A program made the position numbers and the translations under genes. DNA of 40,942 bases from a virus. Numbering within the stretch: position 1 is the first letter of the stretch; every line of letters begins with the position of its first letter. The DNA is taken from IMG/VR virus record IMGVR_UViG_3300045988_044441; one strand, given 5' to 3'. Shown here in pieces: positions 16,785 through 25,612 of the stretch. The notes under the pieces are model-generated. The model made no database searches. It was given only the letters and a program-made list of their open reading frames with translations, and had not been told where the DNA came from.

Positions 16785-18236
16785 CTATTCCTCGTTGAAT
16801 AATCCTTTTTCTTGTGATCCGCTTGCTTCTGCAACAGCCGCCTTTGCATCTTCCTCTGAATACCCTTCGAATCTGACCAAATACTGCCACTTTGGAATGT
16901 ATCCGGAGTTGGCGAGTGTGAGGTTTCTCATTCTGTCCTCTTCCTCATTGTATGTAATGTCCCCGAAGTCATACTGTGGCTCATAATCACCAACCGGTGC
17001 AAGACCGTACAAATCCGCAAATACAGATTGCGCATAGAACAAATCATCAAGGCAGTCCTGCATTGCATCCCGTACGTCTTTAATGAGCTGAATAGTACGT
17101 CTATCATCTGACTCCACCTGTGTTGCTGTTATCATTCCTGTTTTTTCATCTATAACAAAATAACCGTTTGAGAATCCACACTTTACTCCGGTAAGGGATA
17201 GCTGCTGATTGATTCCACTTTTTCTTACATCTGTATTGAGCTGAGGATTGACTTCGTGGTATGTTTCTTCCGCGTCCATCCCGGACATTGCTCTAAAAAA
17301 CTTAGGCAGCTTCACTTTTTGTCTTACAGTCACGCCCTTTTCATCCCTGTATGCCGGCTTCTGTACCAACCGATCGTCCACCATTACTAATCGCCTGCTG
17401 TCGAAAATTTCTTCTGCATTCCGGCTGTATGCTATATCCAAATCTTTTAACTCCTCGATAGCATCTGCAAATGCTGATAATCCAAGCGGGCTTTTTGGAT
17501 CCACATCATTTGTAGATGGCATCCGGAACAGTCCAAACAGCATCGAGTCAATCTGGTCTCCGCTCTTCTTTGTTATATGCACATCCGGCTGCAAAGCAGA
17601 CCACTTTGTCATGGTCAGATCAACAGGTTTTCCAAGTTCCCCGGAATTTTCCGACACAAATGCTCTATTCGAGATGGAATAAAACGTTTTATCTGTATAC
17701 TTCTCTTCATCTGTCATACGTACCTTTGCATTAAAGAATCTGTGATATTCCAGCTTAGTGTAATGCTCTTTGCCCTCCTGGTAATCATCTTGGAATACAA
17801 TACCGGTTATATTGTGGTTTCCATCTAGCTCTGTGATCTCAAATCGGTCTGGCGTTACAATGTCCACACCAACACCATTCGGTTTAAGAATGACCGTTCC
17901 ACATTCACACATGGTGCCAGTCCACTCCCGGATATGATCATGTACAGATTTCTCCCAGAACTGTGTCATATACTCTTTCCTTGTTCCATCAAACGTCACA
18001 TCTATAGCAAGCGTAGCAAGGCGTGCGATTTCCTCACACACAAACTTTGCAAATTTAATTGTCCTGATACCCTCTTCTGGGTCTACCCAATCCGGCTCTC
18101 CTTTATAGATCAGCATCCAATTCTGTATTGCTTTCTGCATATCACCGGATGTAATACCAGTCACATGGAATTGGTCCTGCATCTCTGATTGGAACATTCT
18201 ACTCACTAATCCTTTAATTGCTGCTAATAATCCCAT
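16785..18236 (-). CDS. Portal protein (SPP1 gp6-like)
   Basis: 483 aa, immediately downstream of terL and upstream of the MuF gene. Confidence 0.8.
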   Translation of the reverse strand: MGLLAAIKGLVSRMFQSEMQDQFHVTGITSGDMQKAIQNWMLIYKGEPDWVDPEEGIRTIKFAKFVCEEIARLATLAIDVTFDGTRKEYMTQFWEKSVHDHIREWTGTMCECGTVILKPNGVGVDIVTPDRFEITELDGNHNITGIVFQDDYQEGKEHYTKLEYHRFFNAKVRMTDEEKYTDKTFYSISNRAFVSENSGELGKPVDLTMTKWSALQPDVHITKKSGDQIDSMLFGLFRMPSTNDVDPKSPLGLSAFADAIEELKDLDIAYSRNAEEIFDSRRLVMVDDRLVQKPAYRDEKGVTVRQKVKLPKFFRAMSGMDAEETYHEVNPQLNTDVRKSGINQQLSLTGVKCGFSNGYFVIDEKTGMITATQVESDDRRTIQLIKDVRDAMQDCLDDLFYAQSVFADLYGLAPVGDYEPQYDFGDITYNEEEDRMRNLTLANSGYIPKWQYLVRFEGYSEEDAKAAVAEASGSQEKGLFNEE

Positions 18237-18247
18237 ATTTCACCGCC

Positions 18248-19591
18248 TTATATAAGTCCTCTGTTATATCTGCGCGCTACTGTATAAATAAAATATCTGA
18301 TAAGATCCATGTGGTGATCGTATTCCTTAATCACTCGATCCTCTCCTACTGCCTTTTCATCCCATGCATACGCGCCAAACTCTTTCTGTGTCTCGGTGCA
18401 GCTCTCATGTATCTGGAGCATACCGAGATTCAAATACTTCGTTACCTCTTGGATTCCATTCAACACATCATTATTTCCATCTGTGCAGGTAAACTCTCCA
18501 TACTTCCGGATTGTTGCTTTCATGGCTGCGGCTGACGGATCAATGACAATGGAAGTGATCGGGAAATCTCCCGCCACCTCTTGGATCATCTTGTAATATG
18601 CCTCGTTGTCAATCGTCACTCCGGTTTCCCTTCCAGAATAATGTCCCTCCCGGAGCATCCGTACCCTGCCGCTGTTCTGTAATTCCATAAGTCCTACTGC
18701 GAATGGGTTCATGGTTCCGTAATCGATAGCAATGTAATAGGATGCTTGTGGACTGTATGTATACTCTCCGTGAAAAATGTTCTTTTCCTTATCGAACATA
18801 CCATATACAAGTCCCTCGGCTATCACCCACAGTCCAAGGATAAAACGGTCATAGAACACACCGCTATACATTGCCCTATATCTTTCCTTAATCCTCTCCG
18901 ACAGGGATAAATTATCATCCATTGTAAAATGAAGATAAATCAGTTTCTTTTCATCAGCCTTATCTATCCAATTCAGTTTGAACCAATGGCTAGGAGAATC
19001 CGGGTTACAGTTAAACCAAAACTTAGAACCATCTACAGAGCATCGTCCAGTTGCCTGATTGACAAATGACTCCGGCATCAGCGCAACTTCATCGAAGAAC
19101 ATTCCGGCAAGCGTGATACCCTGAATCAGATCCTGCGACCGCTCATCCTTACCACCAAATATGTAAAAGAAGTTGACTGTATCGCCTTTGCTGATTTCAG
19201 CCATATTGTCAGATCTATGATCTGTCACCTTATAACCACGACTCCGGAGCATCAGTTTCAACCAGAACAGCACATTTCGTCGGAATGATCCGATTGTCTT
19301 TCCTGCCATGCCGAGATTCTGCATATTAAATGTACTCATCGCCCACAGAACAAAACTTAACGACATGCACAATGTCTTACCGCTTCGGATTGCACCATCT
19401 GCTATGATTCCATCCTTATCTTTAACCGGTGAATCTTCACACCACCAAGTAAGAACTTGCTTTTGTTTCTTTGAAAATGGCTTAAACGTAAATCCGTTCT
19501 GCTTATACTTCTGCTTCATCCGGATAGCATTCTTCATTACATTTTCTTTTAGTTTACGCACCCGCCGGTCAAAATCTGTCCAATCAATCAT
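18248..19591 (-). CDS. terL: Terminase large subunit (PBSX/XtmB-like)
   Basis: Walker A motif DGAIRSGKT. 447 aa, follows terS, with a nuclease-type C-terminus. Confidence 0.88.
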   Translation of the reverse strand: MIDWTDFDRRVRKLKENVMKNAIRMKQKYKQNGFTFKPFSKKQKQVLTWWCEDSPVKDKDGIIADGAIRSGKTLCMSLSFVLWAMSTFNMQNLGMAGKTIGSFRRNVLFWLKLMLRSRGYKVTDHRSDNMAEISKGDTVNFFYIFGGKDERSQDLIQGITLAGMFFDEVALMPESFVNQATGRCSVDGSKFWFNCNPDSPSHWFKLNWIDKADEKKLIYLHFTMDDNLSLSERIKERYRAMYSGVFYDRFILGLWVIAEGLVYGMFDKEKNIFHGEYTYSPQASYYIAIDYGTMNPFAVGLMELQNSGRVRMLREGHYSGRETGVTIDNEAYYKMIQEVAGDFPITSIVIDPSAAAMKATIRKYGEFTCTDGNNDVLNGIQEVTKYLNLGMLQIHESCTETQKEFGAYAWDEKAVGEDRVIKEYDHHMDLIRYFIYTVARRYNRGLI

Positions 19592-20429
19592 CCGACCACG
19601 CTTTCTTTGCTGTGTCGTTCAGAGCATCCAAGAAGTTGTCCTGCTCCGGTGCATCCTCTGTAGCATCCTTGGTCTGCATCTCCAATTTAATCAATTCAAG
19701 TTCAAGTTTACGCTGGTCAAATTCTTTCCGGTGCTTATCAGATGGATTCATTTCAAAGAATTTTGTCAGCCAGTCTATGGCTTTCTGCGCATCCTTTAAT
19801 TTTACAGATACGCCATCTTTCCCACGTTTAACCTCTTGGAGCAGTTGTGTATCTGTATCTTTCGATTCTTTCAGGTCAACTGTACTGACCATATACTCAA
19901 TCCCCGTCTCTGGATCCTCAATCTCTTTCTGCCCAAACGACATATAGTTGCCAATATCTGCAAAAGCAATACGCATCTGTAGTTCCACAATATCATCAGT
20001 TCCAGCAACTATCTGTTGACGCTTGATCTCTTTCAATCGCTCTATTTCTGCTCGAACCTTTGGCTTTCTTAGACTTTTACTTCCCTCAACCATTGCAGTC
20101 TCGTAACTACACCCATAAGCATTCAAATAGCTTTGGGTTGCATTGAACGTCCTACTGTAATATATGCAGAACATCTGTTGTTCCGGTGTAAGTCCATAAT
20201 TCTGTAATGTTTCTTTCGTGCCATCATCTATAGGTGCTGCCATCTTGTGTGCACCCTTACCTTTTTGTGTGCACACCTTTTTACTTTTGTGTGCACCCTC
20301 TTCTCTGTTCCACCCATACCGTTTCTTCCAGCTTTTAACAGTGTTGATAGTGGTTCCGTACTTCTCTGCTATATCTTTGTACTTCATACCGCCCATGTAG
20401 TCCTGTTCTGCTCTCTCATAATTCTCCAC
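19584..20429 (-). CDS. terS: Terminase small subunit with an N-terminal HTH
   Basis: MKYKDIAEKYGTTINTVKSWKKRYGW, then LTPEQQMFCIYY...NATQSYLNAYG (Terminase_2-like). Likely GTG start at 20429 with RBS AGAGGTGA. Confidence 0.8.
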   Translation of the reverse strand: MENYERAEQDYMGGMKYKDIAEKYGTTINTVKSWKKRYGWNREEGAHKSKKVCTQKGKGAHKMAAPIDDGTKETLQNYGLTPEQQMFCIYYSRTFNATQSYLNAYGCSYETAMVEGSKSLRKPKVRAEIERLKEIKRQQIVAGTDDIVELQMRIAFADIGNYMSFGQKEIEDPETGIEYMVSTVDLKESKDTDTQLLQEVKRGKDGVSVKLKDAQKAIDWLTKFFEMNPSDKHRKEFDQRKLELELIKLEMQTKDATEDAPEQDNFLDALNDTAKKAWSDD

Positions 20430-20478
20430 TATCTCACCTCTTCTCTGCCAAATGGTACATTTCTAACCTCATACCATA

Positions 20479-20511
20479 ATTATAAAACAGTATTTCAGAG
20501 AATTTGTACCA
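20479..20511 (-). promoter_or_regulatory. Late-promoter-like element C (TGGTACAAA-N18-TATAAT) upstream of terS
   Basis: The plus-strand complement of the motif (tttgtacca) is at 20503..20511; attata is at 20479..20484; the spacer is 18 nt. It lies 12 nt downstream of the terminator at 20523..20548. Confidence 0.6.
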
Positions 20512-20522
20512 TTTTAGGGCAT

Positions 20523-20548
20523 GAAAAAAGAGAGGCACTATCCTCTCT
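20523..20548 (-). terminator. Rho-independent terminator separating the AT-rich block from the late operon
   Basis: Minus strand AGAGAGG-atagtg-CCTCTCT followed by TTTTTTC. Confidence 0.75.
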
Positions 20549-20555
20549 ATTAATC

Positions 20556-21176
20556 TCATTGAATTTGTAGTACTAATGGGAGAAGCACCTTTCCAACGTC
20601 AATTCCTTTATCTGCAATCCATTTAATAATCGACTTTGCGTTTTCCCATTTCTTAGTTTTTCTTTCATCTGACTTCACTATATTTTCTAATTCTTGTATC
20701 TTCAATAATATCTCCTCTACCTCAAAATCCGGTAATGCCGTCATATTTTCAACCGTTTCTCTTGCCATCTCAAAAGACATATTCATCTCTACCGAATTAG
20801 AATTTGTGTTATTATTATTAATTGTAATTCCAGACGCATCCTGACTATATATGTTTACATATTCCATAGCTTTAAAGAGTTCCAACTTCTCGATCATAGT
20901 TTTGATGTTCTCCAAACACTTTTCTCCAGTATCATCATAGAATAAATCATGCAATCCGCCATCAAAACCTGATATTATAGCATTGTACTTTGATTTTAAT
21001 CTTCGATGAATTTCTTTTCCTGCACGAACATCATGTTTCTCTATAATTTCTTTTCCAATTGCGATATCTTGATCTATTATCTTTTTAAATTCATCCTTCA
21101 TATTCCCACCATCTCCCCAATTTTTACTTGTAATTCCATTATAATCACAAGCATATAATCTTTCAACCACATCCAT
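20556..21176 (-). CDS. Hypothetical protein encoded by an AT-rich gene (moron-like)
   Basis: 206 aa. N-rich low-complexity centre (NNNNTNSN) and an amphipathic/hydrophobic C-terminus (GIDVGKVLLPLVLQIQ). A sampled 60-nt line counts about 28% GC. Confidence 0.55.
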   Translation of the reverse strand: MDVVERLYACDYNGITSKNWGDGGNMKDEFKKIIDQDIAIGKEIIEKHDVRAGKEIHRRLKSKYNAIISGFDGGLHDLFYDDTGEKCLENIKTMIEKLELFKAMEYVNIYSQDASGITINNNNTNSNSVEMNMSFEMARETVENMTALPDFEVEEILLKIQELENIVKSDERKTKKWENAKSIIKWIADKGIDVGKVLLPLVLQIQ

Positions 21177-21183
21177 TTCAATT

Positions 21184-21495
21184 TTACCACACCATCTTCA
21201 TTTGTCCGTTCTGCTCCTCTTCGATCCGCCCTAACCTCTGCTTAATGATCCGCTGTACGATCCTGCGGCGGCGGTAGAAACAATTTCGAGATATTGGAAG
21301 AATGCCGTGGTGTGCTTCCATAAGATCGTAGCTTGTACCCTTAACAATGGATTCTTCCAGATAGTCCGCAATAAATGCATCTACACTCTGGCAAATTTCG
21401 TATATTTCTTTTTCATCCAAGTACATTCCCCCTTTCAAATTTTGCGCAAAAAAATACCAACCATCGAATATTGACGGTTGGTAACTGCTATACAT
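21184..21495 (-). CDS. Small sigma region-4 / ArpU-RinA-like putative late transcription regulator
   Basis: C-terminal ...LPISRNCFYRRRRIVQRIIKQRLG resembles the HTH of phage late activators. Position is just upstream of the packaging genes. Start is uncertain (21495 or 21426). Confidence 0.4.
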   Translation of the reverse strand: MYSSYQPSIFDGWYFFAQNLKGGMYLDEKEIYEICQSVDAFIADYLEESIVKGTSYDLMEAHHGILPISRNCFYRRRRIVQRIIKQRLGRIEEEQNGQMKMVW

Positions 21496-22030
21496 TTATT
21501 TCCACTCTGATCTGGTCTATGCATTTCTGGATATTGTTTAAAACATTTATACAACTAGGTTCTACGCTATCTTCCATATTAGCATCACTATGGATAGAAA
21601 TTGCAAGATTATTAAGAATTTCCCCGTTTTCTAATGTATTTAGGCAAATCTTACATAATTCTTCACTTAAATACAGTGAGTATAAATTGTACTCATTTCT
21701 AAATTTCTGATTTGAAGCAAGTGGTGCAAATTCACTGGCATCTGCACTTTCCTTATATTCGTTTCCACCATCGATGAAAAGTTCAAAATATGACTTATAT
21801 TCCAAAATAGCTGCATACATATTTTGATATGCAATAATTTTTTCATCTAGCAATCGCATAGTCTTTTCTTGTTTAAATCTTCTTTTTTCTCTCCTACTTT
21901 CTATAATAGCACCAACGATAAATGTAATTATTGAAACACAAGCTGTAAATATTCCAATAATTATTTCGCCACTGGTTCCAGCTGGTTCTGTTATTGTTAT
22001 ATTCATACTTACTGTACTACCTTTCGTCAT
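21488..22030 (-). CDS. Membrane-anchored hypothetical protein encoded by an AT-rich gene
   Basis: N-terminal transmembrane segment IIIGIFTACVSIITFIVGAII followed by RREKRRFKQ. Alternative start at 22006. Confidence 0.55.
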   Translation of the reverse strand: MTKGSTVSMNITITEPAGTSGEIIIGIFTACVSIITFIVGAIIESRREKRRFKQEKTMRLLDEKIIAYQNMYAAILEYKSYFELFIDGGNEYKESADASEFAPLASNQKFRNEYNLYSLYLSEELCKICLNTLENGEILNNLAISIHSDANMEDSVEPSCINVLNNIQKCIDQIRVEINV

Positions 22031-22041
22031 TATTTTATATA

Positions 22042-22070
22042 ATCATATCACTCCAACCACCAATATTCAA
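22042..22070 (-). promoter_or_regulatory. Sigma-A-type promoter (TTGAAT-17-TATGAT) driving the AT-rich block
   Basis: The complement of the -35 (attcaa) is at 22065..22070; the complement of the -10 (atcata) is at 22042..22047. Confidence 0.45.
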
Positions 22071-22121
22071 TTATCAAGGTTCTCTTCACTTTTAGCAATT
22101 CACAAACGCGAATTTGCTTAT

Positions 22122-22310
22122 TTACTCTACATTTATCGTTTCTTCGAATGTTACACTTTTCAGCTTTCCAATTCTCATGAGTTCTTTAGTATGCTCCTCA
22201 CACAGCTTAAATTTTTTTCTCTTACCTCCTGCCTTAAGTTCAATATCAAAATCATATTTTTTTCTGCACCCTTTACAAGAGCAAAATTCTAATATACTTT
22301 TAATCTTCAT
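22122..22310 (-). CDS. Small Cys-containing hypothetical protein
   Basis: Start at the Met at 22310 (RBS GGAGGG). Contains CSCKGC...C. Confidence 0.5.
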   Translation of the reverse strand: MKIKSILEFCSCKGCRKKYDFDIELKAGGKRKKFKLCEEHTKELMRIGKLKSVTFEETINVE

Positions 22311-22312
22311 AT

Positions 22313-22588
22313 CTATCCCTCCACTTCTGACTGCAGCCATTTAACCAGGCACTGTTTGCATAACTCATCCGGTATCAGTTCCCCGCTGTCCATTATATCT
22401 GTGCACTCATCTGTACTTTTACAGAATGGAATTACCTTACATAGTTCCTTGTTCTCAAGTTCGAACATTTTCTCTGCCAGCTCTTCATCACTCATGGAAC
22501 GGATGCGGTCAGCGTTTGTTTTTGTTTTCCCGCATTCGCACTGTTCTTTTATGTATCCGCATTTATCACAGTATTTCTGATTCGCCAT
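22313..22588 (-). CDS. Small zinc-ribbon-like hypothetical protein
   Basis: Start at 22588 (MANQKYCDKCGY..CEC). RBS GAAGGGAG. Confidence 0.5.
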   Translation of the reverse strand: MANQKYCDKCGYIKEQCECGKTKTNADRIRSMSDEELAEKMFELENKELCKVIPFCKSTDECTDIMDSGELIPDELCKQCLVKWLQSEVEG

Positions 22589-22593
22589 TCTTC

Positions 22594-22947
22594 TCAATCT
22601 CCCTTCGGCTGATATGGCTCTGGTAGCGGTTGCCATGCGATAACATTCAACTTGCTCCACCCATCTGTAAAATCTTTTCCGTTCCAAAATGCTCTAAATG
22701 AATACTCTTCTCCACAATCAACAAGGTACAATTCCAATGGTTTACTGTCAAACACGGGATTTTCTTTCGGTTGTGGTGGAAGTTCTACGCTGCATGGAAT
22801 CCAACCATTGTTGTACTCGGCGGCAATTTGTTCCATGATATCTTTCAGCTCACTCTCCGCCACGGCTCTTGTCAAAGGAGCATATCCGCAAGCTTCCGTC
22901 GCAGCAATCATAATTCTTTGTTTTATCTTCTCAAATACTTCCTGCAT
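22594..22947 (-). CDS. DUF551-like phage protein
   Basis: GWIPCSVELPP ... IAWQPLPEPYQP. Start at 22947 with RBS GGGAGGAG. Confidence 0.6.
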   Translation of the reverse strand: MQEVFEKIKQRIMIAATEACGYAPLTRAVAESELKDIMEQIAAEYNNGWIPCSVELPPQPKENPVFDSKPLELYLVDCGEEYSFRAFWNGKDFTDGWSKLNVIAWQPLPEPYQPKGD

Positions 22948-22949
22948 GT

Positions 22950-23369
22950 CTACTCCTCCCTGATTCCCGAATATCTCTCCAAGCAATCTTTTAAAGCGTA
23001 TATAATCGTATAATCAAGAATATTGATTTCTTTCGGCTTATTGGCTTTCCTGTATTCGAGCTTAAAAATCTCGCTCTGCAAAGCACTTGACAGTTTCAGC
23101 GGCTCAAGAGGATTGTTTATATCATCAATCCATTGTTTTTCGTACTTCTGCTTCATTTCCATTGATTCTCGCAGTTCTTCAACAGTTCCGAGTTCTCTGT
23201 ACTGTTGGATTTCTTCGAGTGCTTTGATTGCTATGTCAATAGAATCAACACATGTTTGAAAATGTGAGAAGTCCCGTCCATCACTTTTCAGTCTTTCAAC
23301 CTCTCTAGCTGACCCTTGCCTGTGTTTTATTAAATCTTTCATTGCTTCATTCTCATTCATCTGCTCCAC
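22950..23369 (-). CDS. Hypothetical early protein
   Basis: Contains ALEEIQQYRELGTVEEL, a motif shared with the 30915..31268 product. Confidence 0.5.
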   Translation of the reverse strand: MEQMNENEAMKDLIKHRQGSAREVERLKSDGRDFSHFQTCVDSIDIAIKALEEIQQYRELGTVEELRESMEMKQKYEKQWIDDINNPLEPLKLSSALQSEIFKLEYRKANKPKEINILDYTIIYALKDCLERYSGIREE

Positions 23370-23670
23370 CTCGCTTTACAATCTCTACTGCATCCTGCAA
23401 CCATAATATACCTTCTTGCTGATGGTATTCTTCGCAGTACACTTTTGATATATCTTCCAACTGCTCCACAATCCGTTCCATAGGCTTGCGGGTGTTCCAA
23501 CTTTCAATGCTTTCCTCTTTTGTGCAATCTTCTGCGGTTCCATCCTCTAATTCATGTGCGAATGTTATTCCTGCACCGCAGGTATCACAGCAGAACATAT
23601 AAAAATCATCTTCATCCAGTTTTATTTCTCCACCGCAGAACGGACACGGCAAAAGTTTTACATCACTCAT
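23353..23670 (-). CDS. Lar-family (restriction-alleviation-like) zinc-ribbon protein with a C-terminal extension
   Basis: LLPCPFCGG...CDTCG...ESWNTRKP, then VEQLE...AVEIVKRGGADE, which is homologous to the 30525..30770 product. Confidence 0.6.
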   Translation of the reverse strand: MSDVKLLPCPFCGGEIKLDEDDFYMFCCDTCGAGITFAHELEDGTAEDCTKEESIESWNTRKPMERIVEQLEDISKVYCEEYHQQEGILWLQDAVEIVKRGGADE

Positions 23671-23828
23671 TTTCTTCCTCCATTCTCCTCAATGCTTCAT
23701 AACACATAACCTCGGCTTGCACTTCTTCTTGGGAATATCCCTTGCCCTGCGGATATAGTGCATTTCGCATATTTGCCAATTCGTTCATATTGCTACTGAT
23801 TATTCTCCATACTTCAAGTGGTTTCATT
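23664..23828 (-). CDS. Small hypothetical protein (54 aa)
   Basis: ATGA overlap with the upstream gene and a 7-nt overlap with the downstream gene. Not in the ORF track. Confidence 0.4.
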
Positions 23829-24237
23829 CTGTACCTCTCAATTCTTCCAGTTTCTTCTCTGCTTCTTCACGAGTGAGGAATATGGTTTTGCCAATTTCCG
23901 ATTCCGCAAATTTCCCAGTTATGGCACCACCGCAACTTCGGTAATGCAAAACAATTTCATCTCCGTAATCGCAATCGTCATCATCTTCATCATCGTTCAG
24001 ATTTTTATAAGAAAATCCAGTAACCTCATAAGGACAAGTCGTTCCGAAATCATTACTCCAAAGTGTGCTCCCCACCTTGCATGGCAGTTTCAGAAGCAAT
24101 CCATGTTCCTCTGCATCTTCGTAATCTGCCAACTTTTGAAGCACATTATGTCTGTTATTTTCCCATTTAACGGGTTCTCCGCTTGGTGTGTTATAGATAG
24201 CCGTTCCATTATGCGACCTTTTTGTTAATCTATCCAT
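23824..24237 (-). CDS. Hypothetical early protein (KLADYED-motif family)
   Basis: MDRLTKR...LQKLADYEDAEE, plus an acidic run DDEDDDD. Confidence 0.5.
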   Translation of the reverse strand: MDRLTKRSHNGTAIYNTPSGEPVKWENNRHNVLQKLADYEDAEEHGLLLKLPCKVGSTLWSNDFGTTCPYEVTGFSYKNLNDDEDDDDCDYGDEIVLHYRSCGGAITGKFAESEIGKTIFLTREEAEKKLEELRGTE

Positions 24238-24247
24238 GCTCTACCTC

Positions 24248-25612
24248 CTACGCAAACCGGAGCTGTCCGGTCTGTTCCTCGTCAATTCTCATGTTCGGTG
24301 TCCGGGACCCGACTTTCAGATACGGACAGTTTGCAGCTACAAGCTTCTGAGCCATGATTGGCACCACGCTGTTCCCGATTCTTGCCACCTGCTTTGCAAT
24401 CGGATAAGGCTTACCGGTATAATCATGGTCAATGATGTAATCTGCCGGAAAGCCCTGCATCAACTTCAGTTCTTCCGGTTTTAGCATCCGAAGAAATATA
24501 TCTTTCAGAATATACTTTTCACCTTGTATATCCGTTACCACATTCACAAGACCGAATCTGTCTTTTGTGGTGATTGTCGCAAGCGGCTCACGGAGTTCCT
24601 GACCGCAACCAGTTCCGTAATATTTGATTAAATAGGCAGATATCAATCCAAAGTGTCCAGGACTTGTAGTAATTGTGTGAAGTGGTTCATCGCATCCCTG
24701 GCCGATACCGGTTTTATAGAATTTGGTAATAAATGCCGTTACGAGGCCATATCTGTTGCTGGTGTCAATCGTTTTGATTGGCTCATCCAGTAACTGTCCA
24801 CGGGAATCTCCTGCTTTCTGCTCTCCGTGGTACTGAATCAAAAATGCAACCGCCTCTTTGTTTCTGACTATGTACGGATTCGGGTTGTTGACAACGTATT
24901 TCACATATCCATTTGCAATTCTTTTCATTGTTGCATCTGCCAGAGGCTTAGGTCTGTCAAATATGGACTTTCCCAGGTCTGACCAGTCAATATAATCTCC
25001 ACACTCTCTCCATTTCCTTAATTCAGTTTTTCCATATTTAGGAACTGGCCATCTGATATCCTTCCCATCTCTCCTGAAGATCGCATACCAGCGTTTTCTT
25101 GTAGTCGGTGCTCCGTAGTCAGCAGCTACCAGCTCCCTGCTATCAAATATATATCCCAGCGATTTCATGGCCGTGATAAATTTCTTATAGTCCTCTCCCC
25201 TACGCTCCGGTATAGGATGTCCATTCTCATCAAGAGGACCCCATTGCTGTATTTCTTCCACATTCTCCATGATAATCACATCCGGCAGGATTGCTTTGGC
25301 ATGTTTATATACAGCCCACGGGAGGATTCTCAGTCCTTTCTCCCGTGGTTTTCCACCTTTTGCCTTGGAATGGCTTGTACAGTCCGGGCTTGCCCACATC
25401 AGTGCTACATGCCGGCCTTTTACATATTTCTGCAAATCGACTTTGAAGATATCCTCTGTCAGATGCAGCGTATCCGGGTGGTTTGTCTTGTGCATCAATA
25501 TGGCATCCGGGTCGTGATTGATTGCGATATCAACCGGCCGCCCAAGAGCCATCTCAATTCCCACACTCGCCCCACCGCCGCCAGCGAAGCAATCGATAAT
25601 TAAATCTTTCAT
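24248..25612 (-). CDS. DNA (cytosine-5)-methyltransferase
   Basis: Motif I DCFAGGGG, motif IV SPDCTSHS, ENV, QGFP, GNSVVP. Confidence 0.88.
   Translation of the reverse strand: MKDLIIDCFAGGGGASVGIEMALGRPVDIAINHDPDAILMHKTNHPDTLHLTEDIFKVDLQKYVKGRHVALMWASPDCTSHSKAKGGKPREKGLRILPWAVYKHAKAILPDVIIMENVEEIQQWGPLDENGHPIPERRGEDYKKFITAMKSLGYIFDSRELVAADYGAPTTRKRWYAIFRRDGKDIRWPVPKYGKTELRKWRECGDYIDWSDLGKSIFDRPKPLADATMKRIANGYVKYVVNNPNPYIVRNKEAVAFLIQYHGEQKAGDSRGQLLDEPIKTIDTSNRYGLVTAFITKFYKTGIGQGCDEPLHTITTSPGHFGLISAYLIKYYGTGCGQELREPLATITTKDRFGLVNVVTDIQGEKYILKDIFLRMLKPEELKLMQGFPADYIIDHDYTGKPYPIAKQVARIGNSVVPIMAQKLVAANCPYLKVGSRTPNMRIDEEQTGQLRFA

Noticed and set aside
22094-22118. Hairpin AGCAATT-N10-AATTTGCT as a terminator after the 22122..22310 gene.
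   Set aside because: On the coding (minus) strand it is followed by AAAAG, not a U-tract, and the stem is bulged and AT-rich. The evidence is not strong enough to call it.
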